64,000 nt of DNA from the NCBI GenBank assembly GCA_051362555.1, contig CM120642.1:8866001-8930000 (forward strand), given 5' to 3'. The stretch is from Lingula anatina (Eukaryota > Animalia > Brachiopoda). Shown piece after piece: positions 50,701 to 64,000 of this stretch. The position numbers and the translations under genes were made by a program. The notes under the pieces are model-generated. The model was not told where the DNA came from, did no database searches, and saw only the letters and a list, made by a program, of their open reading frames with translations. The number at the start of each line of letters is the position of its first letter. The stretch's first letter is position 1.

Positions 50701-53700
50701 GGTGCTAATGGTAGGATAAGTCACTGATAATAACACGTATTGCTATACAATATAAAATCTAAAACATAAGCATCAAAATATATTAAGATTTACTAGTAAA
50801 ATACATTTTAAATTAAGGACCATTTACTCGAGGACGCATGTTTGCAAATAATCGTGAGATGAATTATGATATAAAAAACTACTGACCCAATTACGATCAA
50901 AGCAATGGTACTAATTTCGGGTCTAATTCAACAAAAATCATTCTCCTATCGATCTGTGCAAGCAACGTAACAGACTCGTGTGAGATAACAGTTATTTTCT
51001 CTTTCTAGGAAAATATTTATCTCAGGGAACTTCGCCTCAGTCACAACCAGATTGGAGAGGACGGAGGACCAATTCTTGCCAGAGCTTTAAGTGAGGATGA
51101 CCCCTTTGTCAAAATAGTCCTGTTGAAACAAAATCGTGTACCTTCCTAATAAATTGTGTCACATTTTTACACGTGGTTAAAACAGAAAATGAAAGCTTAA
51201 GGGATTCATTCAATGTCACTTGGGCATGCTGTTATGATCGTTGGGGATTACTGGATTAGAAGAATATTGTTGATCTTAATCGGATCTTTTTTCTCGTATC
51301 TTTTAAGACCCGCCCATGTCCATCAAAAGGTGTTCGCAAATTTTTACCGCCGCTCATTATTTTCATATAATTCACTCTGCCCGGTGATGATGCGTTGTTT
51401 TTTCATGCTTAAAATTGTCACTATTCCAAACATCTTACGATTCAGAAGAACATTGAAAGCACTTTAATTTTTTTTTTTTTCAGAGTCCAACGATTCATTA
51501 GAAGTGTTAGATATCAGCTGGAACCACCTTCGAGGGAAAGCTGTCACGGCTATCGCTGGATGCCTGCAGGTAAGTAGACACCTGTACCTGAACCTAATTA
51601 GTCCAATTCAAGGCAACACCCGTCTGGAGTATACTTACATTAAAGTTTGACCTTTCTTGCTCTAATTCGTCTAGAGCTTTTTATTTTGTTAAGTTAATCT
51701 CTCCATCTTGTCTTTAGTCTTTCTTGTTTTCTAGTCTATTGTTTTTTAGTCTACTCAGCCAATTTATTAAATTTATGAGACACACCGCTTATTTCATTAA
51801 TTATAACTTTTTTTTCAAAATATGAACCGGATGTACGTTTTATGTTTCTAGTACTATGCATCTAGAACAAATACATGTGATTAAACTATTTTAATTCTAC
51901 CTTACTCTATTTAAAATATCGGCTAAGTATTTATTTGAGGTTGTTAGTAAATGTATTTCACATGCATGCATTATTTTTGTAAATGCATTATCGTTTAAAT
52001 CAATTCTCTTAGGTGCTTTGGTATTTTATTGCTTTTGTATTTCAATTAAAAGTACAACTGTTTTATTACAATTTTTTAATACAATAGTATTATTAATGTT
52101 GGCGTTATTATTATTATAATCATTATCATTATTATTATTATAGTATAATGTTGGCCTGCGTATGTTGGACATATCCTGGAATGGTTTCGCACTGGACGGG
52201 TGCCGGGTGTTAGGGAAAGCGTTAATCGCCAACAAGACGCTGCAGGATCTGGACATTTCAAGTAACAGACTCCATCCTCAGGCCATAGCAGAGCTGATGA
52301 AAGGAGTGAAGGACAACCAAGGCTTGGTTAAAATCAGTGTAAGTCATGGTTTTTAAGGTAAAGCAGGCGAATTGTGGTAGAGGGATTGTCCTTGAATGCG
52401 AACTATGACATTTTCGATACATATAGCCTACAGATAGGCCTATCAACTAGCCTTCACTTTACACCATTAGAATTGTATTCCAAAACAGAACAAAAGAACG
52501 AGACAAAACGAATTTATATTTTTGATTGTAAAACTTACTTTAGATCTACGTACTTATTAAAGTTGATTTAAGGCAACATGCTTTTAAATATGAATATTTG
52601 GCATAATCCACCAAATAACTTCCGTGGCATGGAACATCTTTGCTGAAACTTTTGCTCTAGTACCTGTTAAACAAGGCCCCAGAAATGAGACTTTCCGCTT
52701 TGATATTTTCAAATCTCAAATTTACTTGATTTACTACATCTACATGTAAGAGTGACTTAGAGTCGCGTTTTTTAAATAGGCCTATCATTTCAGATCTCTA
52801 AAACAGAGGCCTTGAAAAGGGCCTTGTGATAAGGTCGAAATTGTGATCTCTGTTTTAAAGTAAGATCCAATATTAGATATAACTTTTTCATCATCTTAGT
52901 AGGCCTATAACGTAACGCGGTGAATCAAAACATTCACTTTTATTTCAGATCTCCAGCAATCCTATAACGCCCAAACTTGCCCTTGCAATCCTCCAGTCTT
53001 TAGATAAGTGCAATCCGCTATCCGAGCTCTCAGAGGTGGACATGTGGGTGAGTGGAGAGATATTCTCCTCATGAAAATTATATATTACAGAAAAATGAGT
53101 GAATGAATGAATGAATGAATGAATGAGAGAAAGAGTGAATCATTGAATAAATGGACAAATTTTGTAGATTTGGCTGTGAAGAATATTAGAAAAGGTCACA
53201 ATAAATGTAAAATGCTGCACTTTTAGAGTAAAAGAACTGTACGAATATCACCTTCTCGTTGCAGGACGTTGTCGTCACTCAGGAATTTGTGAATTTTCTC
53301 GAAGAGATGCAAAAAAAGCGCGAGCTGGTTGTAAAGTACGGTCCTATAATGGGCAAAAATGATCATCGACACTACACATCCGACGCCGCACTGGGCACGA
53401 CGGACCCACTCGAAATCCTGTTCAACTTCATGACCCGAGAGGGAATGCGTGTCGTGGATCTCTTCAATAGGTTCGACACAGACGGCAGCAGTAGTGTAAG
53501 CAGGGCAGAGTTTAGGGACGGCCTCCTGGTATGAGAAGTGTTATGTTTAATTTATAACAGTAAGGTCACTTTACAGAGTTGATTATAGACGGCATGTTGT
53601 ACAAGGCAATCGTTTGACTTAAAGTATTTTAACTCATCTTTTCTGTATTTAGAAAAAAAATAATAAATTTATTCATGTAGCAGTTATGAAGATCAAAAGT

Positions 53701-56462
53701 GATCTTTATCTTGCCTCAGCAAAGAATACTGTCTCGAGTATTGTGAACGTTATGCAGTGTTTTTAACTATTGCTTTAACGTGCCTCTAAAGCACGATAAT
53801 AGCGTTTTGGAAAGTAAACATTTTCGTTGACATTCATGCTTTTCTTAAAATTTTAGGGTGTGAACGCCCCTCTGACTCGTGGGCAACTAGACGTGTTACT
53901 GGAACAATTAGACGAAGACGGAGATGGCGAAGTCGATCTCAGGTAATTATTCTACGAGACTGTTCGCACATTCTTTTCAAAGAAAACGTCGATATCTAGA
54001 TGAATTTGACATGTCCGTTAAAGAGAAGATAACAAAAGTCAGGAAAAAAGTACATACGCAAGATTTCGGTCTCGGAGATTATCTGTCAAAAGAAAGGTTA
54101 ATAGCGGACACTGCAGTTGACAGATTTTACGTCTGATGACAAAAAAAAAAAAAAAAAAAAAAAAGATTTAAAAACTTGCGGTAAGTCTAATTTAGATAAA
54201 TATATCCTCACAGACAAAAAGTTCAGATTATCCCTCGATATCCAAACACAGAGAAATGCAAAAGTTAAGGTATGGCAATTGGTCTTTTTCACATTAAAAT
54301 GTGACGCATGTCTTCACCATTGTAGCTCTAAACGCATTAAGTCAACTCGATTAATTATCATTATTTTTGTTTGTTTGCTTGTTTATCATTGTTTCCCTTG
54401 ATGCATATCTCTCTGAAAAAATGCGGAAGATAGTCACTTACAACAGGAGGGTTGTATATCTGCCTCTGTACTCGACAGGTCGTCCTATTCCATACGTGTT
54501 TTGATTTAAATTACTTTTCACTTTTGCAGTTTGATTCTATTAATTCTTTTTAGTTTTGGTAACAAAATACATAATATTTCATTCATGTATCTATTTACTT
54601 ATTTATTTTATGTTTTAATTTTCAGCTCGTTTTGTTCATTTCACCTTCATTTTTCCTTCTTTTGTTTACCCAATAGTGAACTTATGTCAGGTGCTTCACG
54701 CTTTAAAAGAAGACAGATGCGGAGGAGACTGAAACAGTTGAAACACACAAAGACCGCTATACGTAAAATTGAAAAGAACGATGAAGCAGTAAACGCTGAA
54801 CTGCTGCTATAGTACAACGAAGGTTAATATAAATGTATGCATGTGTTGCACAGGCTGTGGCGGTTTTAATTGCACTGAGTGGTAAATTTCTCATTGCACT
54901 TGTTGCTAAAACATTGCACATATTATGTAGACTCTGGCAAATTACGCACTAACATTTGTCCTAGCGCAAATAAGCTGTATATACCTATAGAGTCTTTTAT
55001 GAAACTCAAACACCCGCACGTCTTCTCGCACTTGTGTTCAATTTCAATTCATAGTGGTCCACCGAACAAGTAGTGTCCTTAGGCAAAAGTTTATATGTTT
55101 AAAAGTTTATATTTAAATGTTTATATGGCAAAAGATCTGGAAATTTCTCACTCAAATGTTTCGTTTGTATATTTGTCAGATTTAAATAGCGAGAATGAGG
55201 AAATGATACATCACTAGGAGGGTCATGATCTGATTTGCTTGGCACACCACATCACTGGTGAACCCTCCAGCCGCTTTCTCCATCATGCATGGCCTATCCA
55301 TATCCAAATTGAATAGAGTGTAAAGGCCAATATAACGGAGTCCGCCCTCCGTTCGTTTTACAAATGTTAGGGTTAGCGTGACGTGGACGAAAATCTAGGA
55401 GTTTGCTCGCCTGTTGAAATAAATAAGAATCGCATCCTGTAACTGTTGTTGTTGTTGTTTACCAGGGAATTATATCGTCTACGTCCTATTTCCCGTTTTT
55501 ACAAATATAGAGAATTACTTCGTACATGACAGGGGCGTGCGTCTCTTAACAGGAATGACGGGACTGACTTCCTGAAGCTGGACGCTGCGGTGGCAGGGGG
55601 TAGAGGGGGGGGGGGGGGCGAGGGGAGGTGGTACCAGTGCTATGTACTCCAAATGTGTTCATGACCCTCTTAGCAACAGATGAAATATCGGAGTTTATGT
55701 TTTTTAGATCCTTTTACCAAGTATAGCCAATTTTATGTTTTAAATGGCACAGGAAACCAGACACTCATAAAAAAGGTTGTCACACCAACAATATCATGTG
55801 TTTTTGTTAACGAATGATAACATGACAACTGTATATGGTTTTGAATAGTGATTTTTTTATATCTACTGAAATTTTCCATATCTAGCATGGCATACAGAAA
55901 AAAAGAAACAAAATATCGGTGTACATATAAATATCTTTTATCATTTATTCAAATTTAGAACATACACCTATTGAAATAATCGATAATAATTAAGCACTGG
56001 ACAGAAACTTTAACAACGTCTTTCTTGCTATAAATAAGCCAGTGTCAAACTGGACTGAGCTGTGAAACAGGCCCCAGATGCTTTATACTAACTTTTCTCA
56101 GGAAATAGCGGTCATAAGTCCGTCGATAAATCATTTTATGGATTATCATATTGTTAATCTTATTTTATTGCAGGGAAATATTTAAACAAGTACGGGACAT
56201 GAAGAGACGCCGCATTCAGGAAAGAGAGGAGGAAAAAATATTCCAACGGCGCGTTAAAAATGAACTTGATGAGTTTTCTGAATTTGACCCCAGATTGCAA
56301 AAGCTGGCAAATAGGGCAATACAGATGAAGAAAAGAAAGGAGTCGCTACAAAACAGTGATACTTATAAACCTCCGGAAAAGGAGAAACATTTCAGTAGCG
56401 TGCGGTCACGTGGGAAACCATCCAAAACTTTCACCAAACAGGACGAATCTACTCAAACTTAA
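46166..56462 (+). CDS. LRRC74A: Leucine-rich repeat protein 74A-like with two C-terminal EF-hands
   Basis: Exons 46166-46201 (start tentative), 47926-48367, 49327-49526, 49865-49972, 50251-50344, 50661-50710, 51009-51090, 51484-51569, 52144-52338, 52949-53047, 53265-53528, 53857-53942, then 54677-54812 or 56174-56462. Motifs YVDACKKMGLVPVTY..HGLGPQGAKAVAISLV, RI-type LRRs (LDISWN, LDISSN), EF-hands DTDGSSSVSRAEF and DEDGDGEVDL. Confidence 0.85.
52799..52858 (+). ncRNA. Degenerate Penelope-type minimal hammerhead ribozyme-like motif in an LRRC74A intron
   Basis: taaaacagag(g)-cCTTGAAAAG-ggcctt(gtgat)aaggtc-GAAA-ttgtgatc-tctgtttta: stems I and II pair, variant core. Confidence 0.4.
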
Positions 56463-56918
56463 AAAACTCGACACTCTTGATTCGATCTTCTGCTCAACTT
56501 TATACATAAAATGTTTCAAAGGAGACTATAATTTGTTCGTATCTTAAGAGTTCAACACGCGTTGGTGTTTCAGTAGTCAAGAAATACCATTTTCTCATGC
56601 GATGAGGTGAGGTATTGAACTCTACATGCACATTGATATTCTGGTTGATAAAGCAAGCCAAGGCTGTTCATAATTTTCGTGTAAGACTTGTCCTATTTCG
56701 AACGCAATGGAGCTTAAATTAAATAACTTAGTGCCCAGCGAACCAAACTATGAATAAATACGGTGATTTTTTAAAATTGTCTCTTGTTTAAAATAAGATT
56801 AATTAATAGTTTTTATTTAAACAGAGCATAATTGAAGGGTTGAACGTCACGCTATAAGGTAAAAACAGGTTTAGTCCCTTTAAAAACGAACCACTTTTTA
56901 TAATAATGAAAAATTGGG

Positions 56919-56958
<40 letters not shown>

Positions 56959-57468
56959 ATTGGTAAACCAATAAATGTATTGGTCCACCATAACTGTTAT
57001 TAATATTCAGATCTATCATCTTGATGGGTTGACGTGACTTTTTCATCATTCACTTGTATTGTAATACAGAACATGCACGAATTTGAATTATAAAACAGCT
57101 AGCTAACACAGGTTGATAGTCAAACCCTCTTACCGGCGGAGTTAAATCAGGGTAAGTCAATAAATCAACTGATAACCGAACTTTCTATCACCTTGAGTAC
57201 ACCAATGTGTCATAAAAGTGTGTGGAGGGGGGGGGGGGGGGGGGGGGGGGCTCTGCATTTGGAAAGTTTTAGAAGTTATTTCAGGCTTAAATTTATATGT
57301 TTCCAAAATCTGGCACACTTTCATTTGTATACTCAAGGCTGGTCAGTCTACATTTGTATGACTTAAGACACCGAAGTGTAAACACAAATAGTTTAAAATC
57401 TCAATTTTCATTTTTTTCTGAAACACGATACTTTTTCGTCGTATCACCATACAGTAAGTACTTGAAGA

Positions 57469-57501
<33 letters not shown>

Positions 57502-59490
57502 TGATTAGCAAAAATAGTGTATTCACTAAGTTGCACTAAATATTTATAATACTAATTTTAAAAGCATCAGACAACATTTTTGGACACCAGACATCAAGTA
57601 TTGCAACATAAGATAAATAGCTAAATAAACAGATTTAATAAAAGCGACCTGTTTAACTGCGTACAAATATAGATCACTCAAGTAGTTCACACAAGCAAAG
57701 ATCAAGTTTACCGCTGTGGAGCGGTCACCGTAACACCTCACGTCCTGATTAAGATTTATTTGGACCGCTATTGGACAGTGGCATAGCTTTAAAAGGCTCA
57801 CACCGTTCACACTAAAATGCTAATACTACAATTCAAATCGCCACTTAATATATACCTAATATCTGTGAATTATTTGTTAGATTTTTCATGTAGGCCTATA
57901 CAGTGTATATCTGTAGTAACACTTCTGGTACATGTAGTAACACTTTAGTTGATGTAAAAAAGGATCAATACAAATGAATGAAAAAAGAATGAATGAAATT
58001 TCGGAATATAAACCACATCCTCACAATTGGCAATCTGCTACTAACGATGAAGCCAGTTACAGTTACAGTTACAGATGGTCTACGTTTGTGCAGATGAATA
58101 TAAATCTCCCCCTCTTGGGGCTCATTCCCATTGAAACTAGCGGTATGTGTAGATCGGTCAAACGCCACAGGGACTTTCGCTGATTGCAATCAGTTTTACA
58201 GTTTAACACGGCTTCTCCTAGCCTACAGAAAGGCTGATGATTTATACGAATACGTTGGAAACATGAGGAGGTGTCTTAGTTTCCAAGAGAATGAGCCCTT
58301 ATACCTCAACAAAAATGGGCACAGCATACAAAATACTTTATGTAGCCAAATGTTCACAAGCACAACGAAGCTCTGTTTTTGCTCCAAATTAAGTAGGATA
58401 AGTCCATATGACTGAAATTGTCATTTATTAATGACGAAAACTAATAAGATACAAAGTTACAAAACTGGGGAGATAATAAACATCCCCCAAACTATATAAG
58501 TGCTAAATATAAAAATAATAAAGTATGTTAATGAAATGTAACCAGGATTAATTATGAAAAATATGAGAAATCACAACAGCTATAGGAGCAAAAAGTTGGC
58601 GCAAATGAAAATAAAAGGCTTATGAAAATACAGTGCAGCTGCTAAAACTGCGGGTAAATATATCCGCAGCTACAAAGCTGAATGACCTTACACTGAATGC
58701 AGCTCGATGGAATTAATCTCCAAAACATCTTTCATAGAATATACTTGTGTGTGCCTTGATACACAGCAGCTAAGACATTCCTTAACCCTGGACATCTGTT
58801 AACACCTTGTCTTGGTCAACTACTTAAGGTCAAAATGTGCAGACACAAGACCCAAACAAAACGTTGATGTATTACCAAAAAGTTAATAGCACCACTAAAA
58901 CAAACCATTTGCTACATAAATACAATTAATTCTCTTAATTGTAGTTTTATATAGGTACTTGATTTATTTTGAACATAAACAGTTAATTACTTTACTGGTA
59001 ATTGTATGAATATTGAGAATATCAGGGCAGATATTGATATATGGTGTTAAGTGTACGTTAAGTGGGCCATTTGATTTGACCAAAACAGCCCTATCTCCCC
59101 CGCGTAACCAAGTTGTTCCGCTGAATAAACAATTGCTTAATAAAATCCCTTCGTTTGCAGGAAGAGCGGATCAAGTTAGCTGCACCACATCTTTAATTCA
59201 TTAAGTTATCCAACAAAGCGGTGAGATGCCAGTGTTAGGAAACGTGGGAAGTACTGCATTTGAAAACTACTAAGACGAGGAAGCTTGCAGCAACATGCGG
59301 GTGTCTTGTTGCGGCTGCAGATTTTAGGCTATCGTTTTGTTGTCAGCAGAACAATTACACTAAGGAATAAGACCCTTGTTGTGGTTATATGCTCTATATC
59401 TTCTTCAGAATTGAAGGAGATCCGCTTCAATCGCGAGATCAACTTCACCTCCTAGTCATCATCTGATAGCTGTCCAGGCGCGACCATAAA

Positions 59491-60395
59491 ATGGAGCAAG
59501 GGTTGGACCACTGGGCGGACATTTTGGTTGTAGTGCTCTATTTTGTTTTCGTGTTGGCAGTGGGACTTTGGGTGAGTGTGGGTGTGGGTGTTGTTGGGTG
59601 TTGTTGTTCACCTTAACATGACCTATAAATTTCCATTGTTGATGTAACATAATAACACCATTTTCTCATCAAGCAGCACAGTATTTTTAATCGCCCTAGT
59701 GTGAGAGACTGACAAAGGTTTGATTAAATAAAAGAGTTACTTAGATTGCATTCCCACAGATTTTTAGATCGATCTATCCCCGTGGGGAGTCTCACTAGAT
59801 TGCAGTCAGCTTAGCCGGTTTAAATGTCTGTCCCGCCTACTAAAAGCTGTAAGGGGGTAATTAACTTTCGTGCGCGCTCGGCTGACAGCAATTTGACGTG
59901 AACCCCTAGTGATCCAGATGGATCGATCTAAATCTGTAGGAATGCAGTCTTTAACATATACCAGTACTCGGTGTAACGTGCACTGGAGTTTGAGGAAGGG
60001 ATTAACCCTGCTCCCGTAGAGTATACGTAATAACTTGCTCGGACCGGTGAATGATTCGGAAACGTATATCGCTCGAAGTGAAAGGGGCTATAGTCTGATA
60101 AGTCTGATAAGGGGGTGACCGTGGCGGCTTTTAATGTTTTTTTTTTCTATGATACAGTAATAGTACTTTTCATGGGTTGTATTCGTTATCCACCTATTTC
60201 ATGCATTTTGTGGATGTCTTTATATGTGTAAATTTTAGTTTCAAGTACTCGTGCCTTAAAATTAAAGGTATTGTTAATAAAGCTTTCTTTATATATATAA
60301 CATTTTTCAGTCTTTATGTCGCCCAAACCGTAGCAGCGTCAAAGGGTACTTCCTCGCTGGGAGAGATATGATTTGGTGGCCGGTAAGATTCTCAA

Positions 60396-60482
<87 letters not shown>

Positions 60483-63400
60483 AATTTTTGTGTTTAAAAC
60501 CTATGTAGATCCAATTTTTGTTAAGCACAGTTATGTTTTTGTATTTTCATTGGGAGACTAATTTTCGGAAAAAAATCTTATCAGTTGTGAGGGTGAGACA
60601 TGTGATAATGCCTATCACTTTAAGTTTTTCGTTTTCTATTTTATTTCATTATTTTGTCTGACGTGTATTATTTCGCTTTTTACATTCTGGGTCTGAATAA
60701 TGTGCATGGTTATCTGCTGCTGCTCGCTTAAGACGCAAACTCATGTAGCTTAGTTTTTTTAGAAATGTCAACGCTTTCCCTTTAGTATTAGGAACACCAT
60801 ATCCAGGATCGCATATTTAATTGCAACCTATGCGCCTTTATTCAAGCTTTTTATTCACCAGTTAAACACACGCAGTGACTATCATTTCCTTGTACCAGGT
60901 GGGCGCTTCACTCTTTGCCAGTAACATCGGCAGCGAACATTTCATCGGACTGGCGGGAACAGGAGCTGCCTCTGGCATTGCCATAGTAATGTACGAGTGG
61001 TCTGTAAGTCTTTTTATCAAATATATCTAATATACGAAAAATCCACTGAACTTTTGTAATCCCAAACGTGTAGTGATTTTTTTTTATGTTTAGCAAGATC
61101 AAAAACCTACAATTGAATCTAGTGAGGTGATGGGAATATTGGGTCTTAGTTTAATCCAAATTAAAGGCTGAAAAGTGTTACTGAATATATTTACTTTCCA
61201 GTCCATGCCACTCGTCATGCTGCTTGCATGGGTATTTCTGCCGGTTTACCTTGCATCCGGAGTAAGTGTATATTTATCTGTTTCTTTTCATTTGTGTAAC
61301 TGGTCAAGATTAGACATGCTTTGTTTTAATTTTACTCTAGGTATTTGATTTTTTTAACTTCAGATTGGAATCAGCAAGAGATATACGGTTAGCATAAGGC
61401 AATACGTTTTAGTATTTCAAAAATGCAACACAAATGATAAAATTGCTTATTCAGGTACAAAGGAATCGTAACTTTACACTGTTTCATTATTTTTTTCTAT
61501 TTACTATTATTTTTCATTACGCTTTCGTATGTAAGGGCCACAGTTAATGCACATTTCTAAATTTTGACGCTTAACTGCATGTACATGTATATAGGTATGA
61601 AATGTTCAAGTGAAACTTTTGGTATTTTAGAAATAAATTTACAATGTTGTATGTTTAAGGCCTACACGTTACCAGGTTACCTACAGAAGCGTTTTGGCGG
61701 CCAACGTCTCCGTGTGTACATCAGTTTCATCGCCCTCGTGCTGTATATAGTTACCAAGCTTGCCGTAAGGAACTTGCCTTCCAACCTTTTTTGGGGAAAT
61801 CGCTTACATATTCTCGTTGGATTTGAAAGCTTATTGACCCTTTTTTGTCAGTATTATCCTATTAACACTTTCAAAATTGCTGAAAAGGTTTAATTTATAT
61901 TTTAGATAAATATCTCAACATATATTACGCTTTTCATGTGGTACTACAACAGACACGCAAGAAAAAAAAGGCAACTATTAATTTGTAAAATAGAACCATA
62001 ATCTTCAGATAGATTCGAAGTGTCTTTGGCAATTAAGGTACCCATTCAAGGTATCCATTCTAGGTGCGCATCCACACAGGCGTCTTATTTATCGGCAGTA
62101 CTTTTTAGTTGGCAAATTATTTCAAATATTCATTCAATATAGTAAAATCTCTTTCTGAATTGAGTACTGTATCTCGATATAAATATATTCACTGTAGGTT
62201 AGCATCTATGCAGGCGCCCTCTTTATCCAGCTTGCCCTGGGCTGGGACATGTATGTATCCATTGTCGTCCTGTTGGCTGTCACTGCCGTCTTCACCGTGC
62301 TAGGTAGGTCTACTAGCATTTCCAGTCCCCCGCTATCTAGGTCATTGGTCTACTAACATTTCCAGTTCTCCTCTATCCAGGTCGTTGGTGTACTCTAGGG
62401 AATGCGCAGGATGTCCATATTTTCCTCCTGTGAGGAAAAAGGAATGATTTGTATATATCTTACGTGTATTACTGTTATTATATGCAATTAAATGTCTGAG
62501 ACTAAGGTAAAGCTAAATAATGGGAACATGCTTTTAGTATGCAGTAGACATTTCTGGTGATTTTACTCTAGACATTCTTACTAACGGAATGTTAACACAA
62601 CTGTGTGTTTAATTTTTCAGCACATATAACATGAATGTTAAATATAAAATGGACAGATTATATATTTTAAAAACGTGTGAAACGATTCAGCTAAAAATTA
62701 CGTGAATTCAGAATTTAAAAAATGCAAAATCGAATGGGCTTTTGGTTGAACATGAAATAATACCACTCATTTTGTCAAAAGCCTTTTTGGATTTCACTCT
62801 ACAAACACTTGTTCCAAATATTGTTTATGTCCTCTCAGATATATCTATAAATCCAGTAATATTTCGTCTACGGTTTTATCATCCTTTCAGGTGGACTAGC
62901 TGCGGTAATATACACAGACACCTTTCAGACCATAGTCATGATGATAGGGGCGGTGGTGCTTATGGCCATTGGTGAGTGTCGTCATCACGCCCAAATCAGC
63001 ATTTCTCCGAGGTGTTTAACCTATTCCTTGTTAGTCAGATTTCCCCTGGTCCATTTAGTAATAATCGAATTTCCGTAGTTCGACACTTCGTACGTCTATT
63101 GTTTTTCATGGAACGTCTTGTTATATTTGCTGTACATGAGCATGTCGTAGCTAACTTGCAATTAAAATTTAAAATTGCACTGAAAATAAGTGAATTAGTT
63201 TAACACAGAATATGATACATCTTTCATTGATGCTATATATATATATATTCAGGCTTCGTAAAGGTGGGAGGTTACAACAACCTTATCCTGGCGTACACGG
63301 CTGCAGTACCGACAGTACGTGATCTGAACTCCACGTGTGGTTTTCCGCGGGAAGATGCATTCCACATGTTCCGTGACCCGGTGACCTCTGACCTCCCATG

Positions 63401-63970
63401 GCCTGGCCTCATTTTACAATCCACCATTGGCTGTCTCTGGTACTGGTGTGCTGACCAGGTGAATATGGATTGATATTGAATACGGATTGATATTGAATAT
63501 GAATTGACATTGGATATGAATTGTTATTAAATATGGATTGATATTTACAATTTTCGCCACTTTGCGCGTATGTTAATGTATTATTAATATTATATTATAA
63601 ACCATAAACTTGAGACAGTTATTGATTAATTTCACTACATACTGACAGCAAAAATAAGAAATTTTAAAATCAAAAACAAAAATTCTTTTAACAGTTTTGG
63701 GAAAATTAAAATTTCCAGCTATATTAATTTCGTGTTTTATATATATAGACCTAAAGGTATATAACGTGCTCAGTATGTGCCTTTAATAGAAACTGAGGAT
63801 GTTGTTAAACGCCATTGCTTGATGTTATTTTCAGGTCATAGTTCAACGTGCCCTTGCAGCGAAATCCATCACTCACGCCAAGGGCGGGGCAATCCTAGCC
63901 GGTTACCTGAAACTCCTCCCTATATTCATAATGATATTGCCCGGAATGATGGCACGAGCTCTTTATCCTG
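59491..63970 (+). CDS. SLC5 family sodium/solute symporter (SGLT/SMIT-like), 5' part, continues beyond the window
   Basis: Exons 59491-59571, 60311-60382, 60899-61003, 61202-61261, 61660-61764, 62198-62303, 62891-62971, 63253-63458, 63835-63970. Motifs [67 protein letters not shown]. Confidence 0.93.
59743..59950. mobile_element. Palindromic MITE-like element in SLC5 intron 1
   Basis: TIRs agattgcattcccacagattt..agatcgatc / gatcgatctaaatctgtagggaatgcagtct. Confidence 0.7.
60398..60478. repeat. Compound (GT)n(GA)n microsatellite
   Basis: Directly visible. Similar simple repeats occur at 22069-22103 (TAA), 47751-47813 (CT/CA) and 56919-56956 (AAAT). Confidence 0.95.
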
Positions 63971-64000
63971 GTGAGTGAAGATGTAATAAGTTTTCCGCTA

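Noticed and set aside
57544-59204. Short ORFs between LRRC74A-like and SLC5
   Set aside because: Low-complexity AT-rich chance ORFs with no motifs or splice support.

Overview
AT-rich, intron-rich eukaryotic (animal, probably invertebrate) genomic DNA; there are no prokaryotic operons, CRISPR arrays or rRNA. It contains: (1) two tandem paralogs of a secreted EMI-like/EGF/cbEGF/PAN-apple protein (590-18302 and 23657-31351, +), the second with a recently amplified array of near-identical cbEGF exons; (2) a ~11 kb rearranged, repeat-rich block in intron 5 of the first paralog that is absent from the second, carrying a decayed intronless gene for a virus/phage-type, circularly permuted SLOG-like nucleotide-binding protein (9030-9744, -), tRNA-derived modules and tandem/inverted repeats; (3) two intronless rhodopsin-class GPCRs in a ~5.9 kb tandem segmental duplication; (4) an LRRC74A-like LRR/EF-hand gene with two candidate alternative terminal exons; (5) the 5' part of an SLC5 sodium/solute symporter. 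Several DNA transposon insertions (Tc1, ISL2EU-type, Zator/Harbinger-like, hAT-like MITE) are confirmed by empty sites in the paralogous copies; an EnSpm-type element is identified from its termini and TSD only. Exons were read by hand; all family assignments come from motif recognition, not database searches.
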